From NCBI GenBank assembly GCA_000004985.1, contig GG738851.1: 64,000 nucleotides of DNA; one strand, 5' to 3'. The DNA comes from Naegleria gruberi. Lineage: Eukaryota. Position numbers and translations under genes: made by a program. This document shows positions 18,283-29,530 of the stretch, piece by piece; the stretch's first letter is position 1, and every line of letters starts with the position of its first letter. Below the pieces are notes generated by a model. That model was not told the DNA's origin, did not search any database, and saw nothing but the letters and a program-made list of their open reading frames with translations.

Positions 18283-19812
18283 ATGTCTCGAAAAGCCGTT
18301 GAGGATGTCATGAGAATTGAGGTAGAGATTATGGACGCCACCAGAGGCGTTTCAAATGCTCGACCTTCATCCTCTCATCACTCTACTAAAAACACCAACA
18401 ACAATACGAACAACAACAATAATCAACCTACAACAACAAGCTCTTCAAATCAACAAGCACAACAACAAACCGTTAATAATATTAATAATAATACTAACAA
18501 ACCTAAGGTTGTTCCTCCAAGGCTTGATCTGCAGCAACCTAGTATTACAAATCATCCGATTAATAGCAAATTTAATCAGAAATCACCTGTTCGTTCCTCA
18601 CGATCCTACACAAACTCTAATGAAATATATCCACCAATTGCTTCTAATGTAGATATTGTAACAAAAAAGTATACATATAATAGAAATACTAGTTCTACAT
18701 CACTTTTTGATAAAACACAAGCTCAATCAGCTCGTTTAAAAACTAAGGACACATTCAAGTCACCAAGATCAACGTATCAACAACAATCATCAAGACAACA
18801 AACAACCCAAAAAACTTCTCCTTTGAAATCTAGGTCCCCTCCAAAGGAAAGAAAACAATCATCTAGTATTGTATACTCACCACCAAAATCCAGAGATTCT
18901 TCAAGATCTCGGCCTCATTCAAGTCCTCCAGGAAGAAGATCAACAACTCCTAAACCAGTTAGAGATCATCCAAGCCATATAATCAATACAAATGTTCCTC
19001 TTTTCACACCTGGACCAGGAGCATATGAGGTTGATAAATCAAGCAAATACCTAAGACCATCCACTGCTATCTCAATGTCCAGAAATTCAAGATTCAAGGA
19101 AACCAAATTTGAAACACCTAGTCCTCATACCTATAATCCAGAAAAACCTTTGAAGAGGATGCCTTCTCCAAGATTTGGGTCGAGTAAGCGACCTGATTCT
19201 GCCAAGTCTGTCTCACCAGGCCCAATTTATGATGTTAATGATAATGCTCTCTCTAAAGTCAAAAACACACCTAGGTTCTCATTCCCATTATCTCCAAGAG
19301 ATTTGGATGTAGAAAATAGAACACCATCTCCAGGGACTTACTCACCGAATTATTCGGCAACAATGAGAAAGTCTGTAACTGTTGTCTTTCCAAAATCTCC
19401 AAAACAAGAAAGGACAAAATCAACAACACCTGGACCTGGAATTTATGATGTGCCAAGTGGGAACAAACAAAAGAAAGAACCAGCTTTTTCATTTGCAAAA
19501 TCTGAAAGACATTCTGACAAAAAGTCGGTGGTTGATAACCAATATGATGTTGCTTGGTCGTCGTTTTCACCCAAAGGCGTTTCAAAGTTTGGATCAACAA
19601 AACGTTTTTCATCACAGAAAAAGAATGATGTTCCTTTCCACCAAAGTCAGACAGAATGGAAAAAGACTCAGGCGGGTAAGTTTGGTAAGGACAGAAGGGC
19701 ATTAAATGATATTAACTCATCAAAATTAACTCCTGGGCCAGGATATTATCAACCTAATTATACAGTAACTCTTCCTTCATCCTCTAAACCAGTGCTGTAT
19801 CTGACAGGATAA
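18283..19812 (+). CDS. STPGR (sperm-tail PG-rich repeat) / ODF3-SHIPPO-like protein, 509 aa, with an N/Q-rich N-terminus.
   Basis: [ST]PGPGxY-type motifs recur: TPGPGAYEV, SPGPIYDV, SPGTYSP, TPGPGIYDV, TPGPGYYQP. SPRF/SPKG-type segments lie between them. The N-terminal tract is homopolymer-rich (NTNNNTNNNNNQPTTTSSSNQQAQQQ). Confidence 0.7.
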   Translation: MSRKAVEDVMRIEVEIMDATRGVSNARPSSSHHSTKNTNNNTNNNNNQPTTTSSSNQQAQQQTVNNINNNTNKPKVVPPRLDLQQPSITNHPINSKFNQKSPVRSSRSYTNSNEIYPPIASNVDIVTKKYTYNRNTSSTSLFDKTQAQSARLKTKDTFKSPRSTYQQQSSRQQTTQKTSPLKSRSPPKERKQSSSIVYSPPKSRDSSRSRPHSSPPGRRSTTPKPVRDHPSHIINTNVPLFTPGPGAYEVDKSSKYLRPSTAISMSRNSRFKETKFETPSPHTYNPEKPLKRMPSPRFGSSKRPDSAKSVSPGPIYDVNDNALSKVKNTPRFSFPLSPRDLDVENRTPSPGTYSPNYSATMRKSVTVVFPKSPKQERTKSTTPGPGIYDVPSGNKQKKEPAFSFAKSERHSDKKSVVDNQYDVAWSSFSPKGVSKFGSTKRFSSQKKNDVPFHQSQTEWKKTQAGKFGKDRRALNDINSSKLTPGPGYYQPNYTVTLPSSSKPVLYLTG

Positions 19813-19895
19813 ATGTAATACTAAATAGCTCAATAAATTATTCAAGAATCTAGATTTTTAAAATGTTTGAAATAATTTAAATTGTCAATAGTTTA

Positions 19896-21458
19896 TTAGT
19901 TTTGTTGCTTATAGATATCAGATGTGTCTCTCAACCAAAAAACATCATGAGTATCTACAGAGGTTTTGTAGAGTATTGCGTCTTGTCCTTGTGTAAGATT
20001 TGGTTTATAAACTCCTCTAAAGGCAACTGACATGTTATCACAAATTATGATATCTCCTTGCCTCCATTTATGTCTGAAAATTGGACCATTATCTAAATGA
20101 TTAATAAGACATTGATTGAATTGTTTACAACATGAACAACCCATTGTCTTAATCTTTGTTTCAGGCAAATTAATAGTATTGTTAATATCTGAAGGTGGTA
20201 ATTCACAAGTTTGACCAGAATTACACTCATCTGAGGATACCAAAAACCCTGAAAGAAGGCCAGTGTGCAAATACAAACTTTTCTTGGTTGTTACAGGGTG
20301 TTTTCTAACCAAAGGTTGAATAGCCGTACTTGTTGGTCCTTTGACAATACTGAAAACTTTGCCAGTCTTTTCCTTGACCTTGTCTTCCATTCTTTCATAT
20401 GCCAGTTGTAGGTCAGTAAACAAAATTTCCTCTTCCTTATTACAGAAAGCTGCATTCCAAACTGTAATAGGAGTAGGATGAACCTCATGACGATATGACC
20501 CATCACAATTCCAATAAAAGAAATTGCCTGCAGCAAATGTTGGTTTGTCAATGTTATAAGTTGTCACATTTGGTGGGTTATTAACAAAGGAAGAAGGAGA
20601 CATTGGCATTGGAGAAAAGGCAGAATCTGATTTCATTGGAGAGTATGGTGTTTGATATTGCATTTGATTTTGATTTGGCATTTGATTTTGGTAAGGTTGA
20701 ACGCTTTGGGAAGATGGTGAGTAACTTTGATAATTAGAAGTGAATGAGGATTGGAATGAAGAACCATAGTTTTGATTTTGGTAAGAAGGAGGCGAGTTAA
20801 ACTTTTGAGGAGAATTGTACATATTTTGTTGTGGAAGTTGTTGTGGGAGTTGTTGTGGTATTTGATATGGTGAATATTGTTGCATTTGAGTGTTACTATT
20901 TGGAGGTTGAGGAGAAATATTAGAAGGTTGAGGAGAAACAGGGCAAGCTGACATTAATGCACATTTCGATAACACTCTTTGATTTGCAAGAGAATATGAT
21001 GATGAAACTACTTTCCAAATATCAGGATGTCCAGGAATAATAGTGTCCAGCTCATCATTCCAAATTTTCTCATACTGATTCACAGGATATGGATATCTAC
21101 AAGTTTCTCCAAAAAGTTTTTCACAAAATTGTGTCTGTTCTTTTGGTGAAAGTGGTTTCTGACATCTGAAAAGCAGTAAATGGTGTTCAACCAAAGCTCT
21201 TCTAATTTCAATTATTTCATTATCATTCAAATTAGCACCGCCACAAGTAATATCAACATTCAAAATCTCTCTTCCGAATGGTAATGCTTGTGGATAATTT
21301 GAAGATATTATACTACTAGGATTTGAATTACAGCAACCAGAACCACTAGGAGTAGTACCAGGTGAGCCGTATAATTTTCTATATTGAATTCTACTCTTAC
21401 CATCTTGTTTGTTAAAGATGGATGAAAGTGAACAAAAGCACTGTCCAAGGCAAGGCAT
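19896..21458 (-). CDS. TauD/TfdA-family Fe(II)/2-oxoglutarate dioxygenase homologue, 520 aa, with both metal-ligand histidines replaced. It is a likely pseudo-enzyme and carries an internal Q/N/Y/S/P-rich low-complexity (prion-like) insert.
   Basis: - ATG at 21458.
- N-terminal TauD-like block: REILNVDITCGG…EIRRALVEHHLLLFRCQKPLSPKEQTQFCEKLFGE.
- C-terminal block: FYWNCDGSY where the family has WHxD.
- PLVRKHPVTTKKSLYLHTG matches TauD PVVRxHPETGRKSLF.
- WRQGDIIICDNMSVAFRG, where the family has …WDNRxxxHRA (His→Phe).
- Between them is a ~110-aa tract, QQLPQQLPQQNMYNSPQKFNSPPSYQNQNYGSSFQSS…. Confidence 0.7.
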   Translation of the reverse strand: MPCLGQCFCSLSSIFNKQDGKSRIQYRKLYGSPGTTPSGSGCCNSNPSSIISSNYPQALPFGREILNVDITCGGANLNDNEIIEIRRALVEHHLLLFRCQKPLSPKEQTQFCEKLFGETCRYPYPVNQYEKIWNDELDTIIPGHPDIWKVVSSSYSLANQRVLSKCALMSACPVSPQPSNISPQPPNSNTQMQQYSPYQIPQQLPQQLPQQNMYNSPQKFNSPPSYQNQNYGSSFQSSFTSNYQSYSPSSQSVQPYQNQMPNQNQMQYQTPYSPMKSDSAFSPMPMSPSSFVNNPPNVTTYNIDKPTFAAGNFFYWNCDGSYRHEVHPTPITVWNAAFCNKEEEILFTDLQLAYERMEDKVKEKTGKVFSIVKGPTSTAIQPLVRKHPVTTKKSLYLHTGLLSGFLVSSDECNSGQTCELPPSDINNTINLPETKIKTMGCSCCKQFNQCLINHLDNGPIFRHKWRQGDIIICDNMSVAFRGVYKPNLTQGQDAILYKTSVDTHDVFWLRDTSDIYKQQN

Positions 21459-22219
21459 TTTCCAACTTGTTATATGTTGTTAATTGTTAATCTAGAGCAA
21501 GCCTTTAAAGTCAAATAAAGGCTACAATGATAATAATAATACTATAGTTTGGTGATGAATAAAGTTAAAATGTGATAATTCCAACTGAAAAAACAACACG
21601 TAGTTTGATGATGAGCACTATTCGATGATTCAACTTCAAGAAGAAACACTTGTGAGTTGAGAGAAGATTTAAAGGCGTTTTGTATCTTTTTTTTAATGAT
21701 AAAATAGCATAGAGCCATCGCTCAAACGGTCCGCACGAAGTTTGTACAAATGCGCAAGAAAGCACAAACTTTACACGCGTACCAACAGCACAGGCAGAGA
21801 GAGAAATGGCGCAATCCTAATATTGTGCTGCCTTTGAAAGGCATTAAAATCAAGAATTTCATAACAACAGGGTATTGAATGTAGGAAGAAAAGAGGAGGA
21901 ATAATGTGTAGTGACAAGTGTGATTTTCTCATTAATAGTCTCAAGTGGAGGAGGAAATGGAGTTGAGGAGTATACATTTCTCGCAGTGCAAAATCAAGGA
22001 GAGAAAATATTGAGATTGTACAACCTGTGGAAAATTCATGAACCTTTTACTGGATAATTGATGTATTAAATTGAGAGCGCGAGTATTAATTCAATTCTAG
22101 AACAAATGTTTACAACAGGATATTGGAACCAAATAGAGGATAGTACTATAAAAGAATCTTCTATTACAAACTATTGAGATCGAGTATTATTGATTTCATT
22201 ATTGAAATAGTATACATGT

Positions 22220-23809
22220 TTATTCTTCTCTAATAATTAAATCTTCTCCATCATCATCTTCATCATCACCCAAGTCAATAACAATTCCAGAATTTTCAGA
22301 ATTTGAGGCAGTTTCATTAACGGCAGGAGCCTTTGTGGTATTGGTGGAAAACATTTGATTGGTAATGTAGGATTGAGAGGTATCCTTCATATCAACTTTA
22401 AGTGATGGTAAGAAGTAAATAGCCAACATTATACAGTAAAAATTCAATAATGGGAAAACACCTAAATATTGAACTGCATTATCACTAGTGTTCAAAATTA
22501 AGAATGAGAACATGTTAGCACCCAAAACAACTAAAACTAAGAATGTTAAAATAAAGAAATATTTGAATCTAACGGAGGATTGGTTAGTGTTAGAATAAGA
22601 GATAATATTCATAGCCAATTTGTCCTTCAATTCTTGATTCAATGGTTGAGTATTGTTCAAATTCTCAGCTAATTGAATAAAATCATTACCACCCAAAGTC
22701 TTGAAAATTTGATAAAAGATGTAAAGCAACATTAATCCACCCAAACCAATTACACCAATTCTAATAATACCAAATAATGGGGCATCAATCAAGTAACTAT
22801 ACATTAATCTATCACTAAATGTTTCATATCTTTCAAATAATAAACTAACAGTCAAACAACACCAGAATAATAATGTAAAGATTGACTTCCAAATATAAAA
22901 GTTTACAGTACGAAGCTTTGGATGGGTGTTTGCTGATGCTGTAATTACCATCAAAAATAATAAAAAGAAACTAATAAATGTAGATTGGAAGATAATATTT
23001 AAAAATGGTAAAATCCAATCATTTGCTAACCATTCACCAATAAATAAAGGATTATTGAATAAAATTAATGAAATTAATAAAAATAAAATCCATTTTTGTT
23101 CAGTCTTGGCATATCTGAATGTTTGATATTTAAGAAGAATGAAAGAATAGAAAATGAAAATGATAATACTAATAGCTGCATATAAATATCTCATAACAGA
23201 TTCAAATGTAGTAAAATCAGACCTTATAGTTTCCAATCTATAGAATAATGTATCACTTCTTAATAATGAAGAAACATCCAAATTTTCAATTTGAACTTTG
23301 ATTCTATATGTTGGATATGAAATATATCTTTCACGATAGACAATCACTGGAGCACAGAAATAACTTTTTCCATTATAATCAGCACTTGTACCACATTGTA
23401 ATGCTCTTTGAATTGTAAATTTTTCAGAAACAATAGGATGGAAAGTAGTATCATCATTACTACCTTCAATAGATAAAATATTTAACTTGAGATCCTTCTT
23501 GTTCAATCCACTCACAAAATTTTCGTTTTCTCTAAAAAGTAATGAAATTGTCACTTCTTGATTTGATTTAACTAATCTTGATGTTTGAATAGTAAATTGA
23601 TCTTGGCCTTTTAAAATTTTAGAATAATCATCGGCAGTTGTTATTACTTTGTGTTCAATATGTTGTTTAACTGTTGGAGCAAAGAATAAAATACCAACAC
23701 TTCCGAACACTGACAAGAAGAAGAAGATGAATGTTAAAACGATAGACCAACTAGGTAATGTATCAATCAGTACACTATAATTTGGAGGTGGTGCTTTTTC
23801 GTTTGCCAT
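22220..23809 (-). CDS. Polytopic membrane protein, 529 aa. It has an N-terminal signal-anchor TM, a ~195-aa lumenal/extracellular domain, 7 further TM helices and an acidic C-tail. The topology is Wntless/TMEM181-like (or LUSTR/GPR107-like).
   Basis: - ATG in aaaaaaaATGG context.
- Helices include WSIVLTFIFFFLSVFGSVGILFFA, AAISIIIFIFYSFILL, WILFLLISLILF and LPFLNIIFQSTFISFFLLFLMVI.
- Further helices: IWKSIFTLLFWCCLTVSLLF, LFGIIRIGVIGLGGLMLLYIFYQIF, FFILTFLVLVVLGANMFSFLIL and LGVFPLLNFYCIMLAIYFL.
- The C-terminus is …DLGDDEDDDGEDLIIREE. Confidence 0.65.
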   Translation of the reverse strand: MANEKAPPPNYSVLIDTLPSWSIVLTFIFFFLSVFGSVGILFFAPTVKQHIEHKVITTADDYSKILKGQDQFTIQTSRLVKSNQEVTISLLFRENENFVSGLNKKDLKLNILSIEGSNDDTTFHPIVSEKFTIQRALQCGTSADYNGKSYFCAPVIVYRERYISYPTYRIKVQIENLDVSSLLRSDTLFYRLETIRSDFTTFESVMRYLYAAISIIIFIFYSFILLKYQTFRYAKTEQKWILFLLISLILFNNPLFIGEWLANDWILPFLNIIFQSTFISFFLLFLMVITASANTHPKLRTVNFYIWKSIFTLLFWCCLTVSLLFERYETFSDRLMYSYLIDAPLFGIIRIGVIGLGGLMLLYIFYQIFKTLGGNDFIQLAENLNNTQPLNQELKDKLAMNIISYSNTNQSSVRFKYFFILTFLVLVVLGANMFSFLILNTSDNAVQYLGVFPLLNFYCIMLAIYFLPSLKVDMKDTSQSYITNQMFSTNTTKAPAVNETASNSENSGIVIDLGDDEDDDGEDLIIREE

Positions 23810-23963
23810 TTTTTTTAATTTTAAAAATAATTATTTGATGATGCAATAATCAAAAATCCTCCAATTAGATTCTTATTGTCATGTTGGATTTTTTATTGAG
23901 TGATCAGTAATTACGGAAATATCAGTTTTAGAAATATTTTTTTTTATTTATTTTTTACATTTT

Positions 23964-25913
23964 TTACTTTTCCTTGAATTCAGCATCGTTTGGTGATTGA
24001 GTGTTTGGTTGTTGTTGAGTTTGTCTAGAATTGGCTTGTTCCTTGTAGTGTTGTTCAGCCAACTTAGCTTGAGTTTGCTTCAAAGCATCCAAAGAAGTCT
24101 TGAGTTGATCCAAGTTATCAGCTTGCATAGCTTCACGAACAGCTCTAACTTCATTTTCAGCCTTAGTCTTCAAATCAGCAGCGAGCTTTGAACCCAAATC
24201 CTTGATGTGTTGTTCAGCCAAGTGAACAGTAGTATCAGCTTCATTCTTAGCATCAATCAAACTCTTTCTCTTAGCATCTTCTTCAGCGAACTTTTCAGCT
24301 TCATCTTGCATTCTCTTGATGTCAGCATCAGTCAAACCACCAGATGATTGAATAGTAATTTGTTGTTCCTTTCCTGAAGCCTTATCAACAGCACTGACGT
24401 TCAAAATACCGTTAGCATCAATATCGAAAGTAACTTCAATTTGTGGAACACCTCTTGGAGCTGGTGGAACACCAACCAAATCGAATTGACCTAACAATTT
24501 GTTATAAGCAGCAATTTCTCTTTCACCTTGGAAGATCTTAATACCAACTTGAGTTTGGTTATCAGCAGCAGTGGAGAAGATTTGAGACTTCTTGGTTGGA
24601 ATAGTAGTATTACGATTAATCATTCTACTGAAAACACCACCCAAAGTTTCAATACCCAAAGACAATGGAGTAACATCGAGCAAGACAATACCATCAACAT
24701 CACCTCTCAAAACACCACCTTGAATAGCAGCACCAAGAGCAACAACTTCATCAGGGTTAACATTCTTTGATGGCTTTCTTCCGAAGAATTCAGAAACCAA
24801 AGTTTGAACACGAGGCATACGAGTCATACCACCGACAAGAACGACTTCATTGATATCCTTCAAAGTAATACCAGCATCCTTCAAACACTTCTTACATGGT
24901 TCAATAGTACGATTAATCAAATCAGCACACATTTGTTCGAATTTAGATCTAGTCAAATCCATGAGCAAGTTCTTTGGTCCGGAAGCATCAGCACAGATGA
25001 AAGGCAAGTTAATTTCAGATGATTGAGCAGATGACAATTCAATCTTAGCCTTTTCAGCAGCTTCTCTGACACGTTGGAGAGACATTGGATCCTTTGACAA
25101 ATCAACACCTTCCTTTGCCTTGAAATCAGCAATAATCCATTCAACAATCTTGTGATCGAAATCTTCACCACCCAAGAAAGTATCACCATTGGTAGCCTTA
25201 ACTTCAAAGACACCATCTTGAATTTCAAGAATAGAAACGTCGAAAGTACCACCACCCAAATCGTAGACAGCAATGATACCGTGCTTTGATGAATCCAAAC
25301 CATAAGCAAGAGCAGCAGCAGTTGGTTCGTTGATAATTCTTTCAACAGTAAGTCCGGAAATTTGACCAGCATCCTTGGTAGCTTGTCTTTGAGAATCGTT
25401 AAAGTAAGCTGGAACAGTAATGATGGCTTGAGTAATCTTTTCACCTAAATATTGTTCAGCAGTTTCCTTCATCTTTTGCAAAATAAAAGCACCAACTTGG
25501 GATGGTGACAAATCCTTTCCACCAGCTCTAACCCAAGCATCTCCATTTGGTCCACGAATAATATCGTATGGGACAATTTCCATATCACGTTTAGTCATTG
25601 GATCATCGAAACGACGACCAATCAATCTCTTAATAGCAGTGAGTGTATTCTTTGGGTTTGTAACAGCTTGTCTCTTAGCCAAAGCACCTACAAGCAAGTT
25701 ACCATCTTTATCGAAAGCAACAACTGATGGAGTGGTTCTAGCACCAATATCGTTTTCAATAACACGAGCAGACTTGTTAGATTCCATAACAGCAACACAA
25801 CTGTTAGTAGTACCCAAGTCAATACCAATGATCTTGTTTCTTTGTTGTTGTTGAGTAAGACCCATCATTTGGGATTTCTTGATGTTTCGCAGTAATTTGT
25901 TTCCTCTGAACAT
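23964..25913 (-). CDS. Mitochondrial-type Hsp70 (DnaK/mortalin family), 649 aa, with an N-terminal presequence.
   Basis: - [27 protein letters not shown] precedes [14 protein letters not shown].
- DnaK-type signatures: [25 protein letters not shown].
- The C-terminus lacks cytosolic EEVD.
- The ATG at 25913–25911 was verified. Confidence 0.9.
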   Translation of the reverse strand: MFRGNKLLRNIKKSQMMGLTQQQQRNKIIGIDLGTTNSCVAVMESNKSARVIENDIGARTTPSVVAFDKDGNLLVGALAKRQAVTNPKNTLTAIKRLIGRRFDDPMTKRDMEIVPYDIIRGPNGDAWVRAGGKDLSPSQVGAFILQKMKETAEQYLGEKITQAIITVPAYFNDSQRQATKDAGQISGLTVERIINEPTAAALAYGLDSSKHGIIAVYDLGGGTFDVSILEIQDGVFEVKATNGDTFLGGEDFDHKIVEWIIADFKAKEGVDLSKDPMSLQRVREAAEKAKIELSSAQSSEINLPFICADASGPKNLLMDLTRSKFEQMCADLINRTIEPCKKCLKDAGITLKDINEVVLVGGMTRMPRVQTLVSEFFGRKPSKNVNPDEVVALGAAIQGGVLRGDVDGIVLLDVTPLSLGIETLGGVFSRMINRNTTIPTKKSQIFSTAADNQTQVGIKIFQGEREIAAYNKLLGQFDLVGVPPAPRGVPQIEVTFDIDANGILNVSAVDKASGKEQQITIQSSGGLTDADIKRMQDEAEKFAEEDAKRKSLIDAKNEADTTVHLAEQHIKDLGSKLAADLKTKAENEVRAVREAMQADNLDQLKTSLDALKQTQAKLAEQHYKEQANSRQTQQQPNTQSPNDAEFKEK

Positions 25914-26633
25914 TTTGTATATGTTATGGTGTTAGTAGTGTTTATATTTTTTTTCACGACAATATTGAACAAGCTCCTTTTTAAAGCCTCGCTTGCTCGC
26001 TGTGTTTTCTTCAATTAAAAGCACAACCCAATCAACTTGTACACCGCAAAGATTGGTAATTTTGCTTGCCGTCTCACACAAATTGATAGAGTAATGGATT
26101 AAATCCGTTACAGCTTAAAAGTGATTTGCTTTGAAAACTTCCCGTTAGCTACCCAATAAGAACCAGTTGAAACAAATATTTGAATTGGACCGACTTGAAG
26201 TTTTTCCGACTATTGTTTTCCGAGCTCGGAATGTTTAGCTTTACAATAATATCTTTCCGAATCAGCTACAATCAATTTATTTCAATGGGAAAATGACTAA
26301 ACTTGTTTAATGTTTGTTATCAAGGATGTCTTTATGTTGCATAAAGATTTGTACTTCTCTTCAATGATTTGTTTACAGCAAGATTTATCAATATTGTGAA
26401 ACAAAATATTGCTTTTGAAGAAAATTGTCATACAGCTTGTCAACAATTGCAATGCTATTCTCCTCAAAGCGAACAAAAGGAATTCCAAGTAACAGAATTA
26501 TTAGAAAGTTAGCTGGTGTGATAGAGAACATGTTCCAACCATCTCTAACATATAAATAATTTTAAAAAATTAAATTAATTTGCAAAAAAATTTTGAAAGC
26601 TCTCATCATCACATTTATTTGTTTTCATAAAAA

Positions 26634-29495
26634 ATGTTAGGACAAACAATAACGTTGGATGAAATCGAAAGAGTAGATCGTGAATCGATAGGATTTACTA
26701 ATTTAATTGAAGATAGATATATTTCCTACTCTGATTGTAATAATGAATACTTAAATAGTGACCATATTATGAATCACCAACTTTATACAATTTCAAATAC
26801 TCTTGGTCTTATTGCTTTTATTAATAGTGAAGATTGCATTAAAATATCATCAACTTTTGATATTCACGAATACATACAAAAGAGACTTGAGAGTTTACCA
26901 AAAACTATTTATGAATACAAATTAGACTCTACACCTAATTTTATAAAATTTTCAGAGAATGGAATGAACTTAGTATTTTCCGTAAAAGATGAAATTATTA
27001 TCTTTAATTTTACAAAGGATTTAAAATTTAAACAATTGAGACATAAATTCGATTCGGAAATTGTGGAATTTGATTGCAAGCTTGACAATAAGATATTTGT
27101 TTTATTAAGTACAAATAATATCCATTACTTAAACTATGAACAGGATATAGTAGTTAAAAAGTTAGAATGTGTAACTGATTGTTCAACAATTTGTTCAAAC
27201 AACAAAATATTGAACAGCTATTTACTTGTTGGTACAAACACAAGTGATCTAATTCTTGTGAACTTTGATAAGGATTTAGTTTTATTTAAGTGTAAAATTG
27301 ACGATATTCAGAGAGTTCATTGTTTAAATTGGTTTGACAACTTTTATTGTACATTTTCTACTTTTGTACCTTATAATGATGCAGTGGATTTTAAAATTGT
27401 AATTTTACAATTGAATCATGAATGCTTTAAAGGTCAACCATCTAGTGATGTGGAATTAGTAGTAAACGGCGGATCTTGCATGGAATTTTTCCCAGATTAT
27501 CAAAAACCAGTAACAATTGATAATACATGCAGATATCATACAGTTTATTTGGATCATTGGAAGATGCTGTTGTGCTCCACCAGTACTGATAGTAGACTTG
27601 TTGTCTTCCAACAAATCGATGACAAGTTTAACTTATTAGCACTTAATAACAAGTGGTCTATTGATACTTTCCCACTTTATGAGGATAATCCAACTTTCTC
27701 TTTGGGACTAGTTGCCGATTTTGGTTATGACTACCAAATAGACAATATCAAAAGTAAGACTGATGCAGCAAAGCATGAAGCCTCACCTCTCATTCATATA
27801 TATCTGTCCAGTGGGTTTATTGTTACTTATGCATTAACTAATTGTGATGAATTGAAGAAATATCCAGTAGTACACGCATCACAAAGCTTAACTAATTTAA
27901 AGATTGAGGAACTAGCCGAAGAGAAAAAAGAACCAATTGTAGAAAAAGTGGAAATAACTCCAACTATTGAAGAAAAGCCAAAAGATTCACCTGTTCCTGA
28001 ACAAAAAAATATTACAGAGGTTATATCTCCTGTAAAGGAGGAAAAACCTGTAGAAACAATCATTCCAGAGGTGAAGAAGTCTCCAGAAGTTACAAAGCAA
28101 CCATCATTCGAACAACCAAAGATACAATTTAATCCAGTTACCAATAATACTAGTAATTTAGGAGGATTTAGTTTTGGAAATACCAATACATCCAATACTT
28201 TCAATTTTAATGCTGTAACCAAACCAACTCAACCAAACATTACATTTCCAACAGTTGCAGCTCAACCAAAGCCAATTATTCCTCCAACCACACAACCAAC
28301 ATTACCTGAACCTAATATCCAAAAACAACCTTTGGCTCAACCTAGGAGTAATGTTATGGAAAAGATAACACCGAATGTTACAACAGGAATTGTTGACAAG
28401 AATATGATCCAATCACTTAATAATTTTTCTTCCAATTTAACATCAGTTAATGCTGAAAGTGGTGTTTTCAAAAATGATATCAAGCCAATCATTGGTAAAC
28501 CACTAAAACATGAGCCAATTAACCAAATACCACTCATTCCTAAAACCAAACCTTCCCAGAATCCTTCAAAGCCATCATCTTCCATTTCGAGTTTTAAAAA
28601 TGATTTAGCTGTTATTCAGTCAAAGTCTTCAAAGTCTAAGTCCGACGAAAAAATTCAACAATTATCCAAGGATACAGCCAAGAAAGTTCAAGATGCCAGA
28701 GTTAAATTTAGCTTGTTGAAGAATGTTATAGAGAACATCAATAATAACCAGGAAAATGATTTGAAATTTATCAAACAAGATATTTCAACAATTAGATCAA
28801 ATATTGATAAATTGAATGATGAATTAATTAAGAGTGACGAGTCATTAAAACAAAGAGTAGAGAGACTGAACGAATACCTAAATAGAGAATGCTCAATTGT
28901 AGAGTTATTAGGTATGAAAATCCAACAAAATAGAAAAGAGTCAGTGAAAGAAACAGGATTGGATGAGACTGCTCAATATTTCAAAGATATTATTTCTCAC
29001 AAGTTTAATAACATAATAACTAATATTGAAGGGTTGGAAAATCAAGTTAAGCGTAAATTAAACTTGATTCCACAGAAAACTCCAACATTGATTTGCTTAC
29101 AAAATACTTTAAGTTTGCAAAGAAACAGAGCTGTTGAATACAGAAAGTATGTCTTGAGTATTTCTCAAGCATTGCACTCTAAGGAACATACCTCAGCTAC
29201 AGATTTATTTATTCAAAATTTAGCAATGAAAAAGGCTAACCATGAATCAAACCAAAATGGTAGTGCATTGAAAAATATTGAAATGACCAGGATCAAACCA
29301 ATAGTTAATAATTCTTCAATTTTGAAGAAGAAAATAAGTCTTATTCATGAAGATGATACAACTATTTTCCAAGATTATGAAAATATTGATGAAATTTCGG
29401 ATATTTCTTATGAGGATGATGAATCCAAGAACCCACTCAATCAATCTTTTATTCAATCTGAAAATTCATCACTTGATCTCTTAGATGAAGAAGAT

Positions 29496-29530
<35 letters not shown>

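Noticed and set aside
21565-21977. Two small minus-strand ORFs (66 and 68 aa) in the 21460–22220 interval.
   Set aside because: They have no start-codon context or motifs. The region looks like a promoter/ncRNA-type GC patch rather than coding sequence.
26150-26260. Heat-shock element upstream of mtHsp70.
   Set aside because: The TTCCGA repeats do not give alternating nGAAn units at HSE spacing (TTCnnGAA). The palindrome is kept only as a generic candidate site.
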